A stretch of DNA of 64,000 nt from a bacterium (GTDB lineage: Bacteria; UBA8248; JACPRG01; G963555815): contig CBDHDG010000006.1 in NCBI GenBank assembly GCA_965261595.1, positions 1,408,001-1,472,000 on the forward strand. Reading direction: 5' to 3'. The position numbers and the translations under genes are program-made. Positions within the stretch are counted from its first letter, which is position 1. Each line of letters opens with the position of its first letter. A model generated the notes under the pieces. The model searched no databases and was not told where the DNA came from. It saw only the letters and a list, made by a program, of their open reading frames with translations. This document shows positions 63,250-64,000 of this stretch, piece after piece.

Positions 63250-64000
63250 ATGACGAGCGTAGGGAAATCCGTGCAGGTGGACCCGATGGACGTCGCCGTC
63301 CTTCAGCACAAAATCCTCTACACCTGCGACTTGATGGGAGACGTCCTTAAATACTCCGGGCAGTGCTTTATCCTGATGGAGTGCAACGACTTCTCGCCGG
63401 GCGTGTTCGACGCCGAAGGGCGGCTTTTGTCGGTCAGGTCCTGGCTGCCCTTGCATGTGGCCGTCGCCAAAGAGCAGGTGTCGCCCCTGGTCCAGCGATT
63501 CGCGGGAAACATCCACCCGGGGGACGTCTTCCTGGCCAACGACCCTTACCTGGCCTCGGGCTCCCATTTGCCCGACTGGACGATTATCCGGCCGGTGTTC
63601 GACGAAGACGAGCTCATGTTCTTCACCCTCCTCAAAGGGCACATGCAGGACACCGGCGGCGCGTTCCCGGGCGGTTATTACCCGGGCGCGTATGACCTGC
63701 ACAGCGAAGGCCTCCGGATCGACTACGTGAAGATCTATGAGCGGGGCGAAAGGCAGCCCGTCTACGATTTCATCCTGAACAATGTGCGCTGGCCCGATAT
63801 CGTCGCGATGGACAACCTGGCGATGATGGGCGCCACCAAGCGCGGCGAGGAGTCCCTCATCGGGCTCTGCCGAAAGATGGGCCGGGAGACGGTCCGGGCC
63901 TGCGTTCAGACCCTCCTGGACTCCTCCGAGCAGGCCATGCGGCGCGAGATTTCAGCCATTCCCGATGGGACGTATTACGGCGAGGACGCCTGCGACTGGG
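63250..64000 (+). CDS. Hydantoinase B/oxoprolinase-family protein, runs off window
   Basis: DFS.GVFD, PGDVFLANDPY..GSHLPD, GH..D.GG..PG, SEGLRI, NNVR, IPDGTY. Confidence 0.92.
   Translation, partial: MTSVGKSVQVDPMDVAVLQHKILYTCDLMGDVLKYSGQCFILMECNDFSPGVFDAEGRLLSVRSWLPLHVAVAKEQVSPLVQRFAGNIHPGDVFLANDPYLASGSHLPDWTIIRPVFDEDELMFFTLLKGHMQDTGGAFPGGYYPGAYDLHSEGLRIDYVKIYERGERQPVYDFILNNVRWPDIVAMDNLAMMGATKRGEESLIGLCRKMGRETVRACVQTLLDSSEQAMRREISAIPDGTYYGEDACDW

Overview
High-GC (~65%) bacterial chromosomal window. The left ~50 kb holds mostly metabolic, redox and transport genes: a branched-chain-type ABC ATPase pair, crcB with a candidate fluoride riboswitch, a thiol-redox cluster, an aromatic/N-compound catabolic cluster (UbiD, extradiol dioxygenase, SDR, aminotransferases, cupins), an acyl-CoA ligase plus hydantoinase/acetone-carboxylase-like operon whose alpha subunit is fused to a gamma subunit, and tRNA-Arg(CCT). 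The ORF track misses two DsbA/FrnE-like selenoprotein genes (in-frame TGA in UxxC, each with a SECIS-like hairpin 14 nt downstream). Beside the tRNA is a 958-bp transposase-less cassette with 37-bp IS1595-like inverted repeats, NrdR-box-like motifs and cargo ORFs. The right ~14 kb is an IS graveyard (IS1595, 2x IS3, IS256, IS1380 copies). There, one Sel1-repeat gene is split by three insertions; removing them and their TSDs restores an intact 420-aa ORF. Both IS256 copies carry the same in-frame TAG. Many frameshifts could be real decay or long-read assembly errors. All family assignments come from motif recognition by eye, not database searches.
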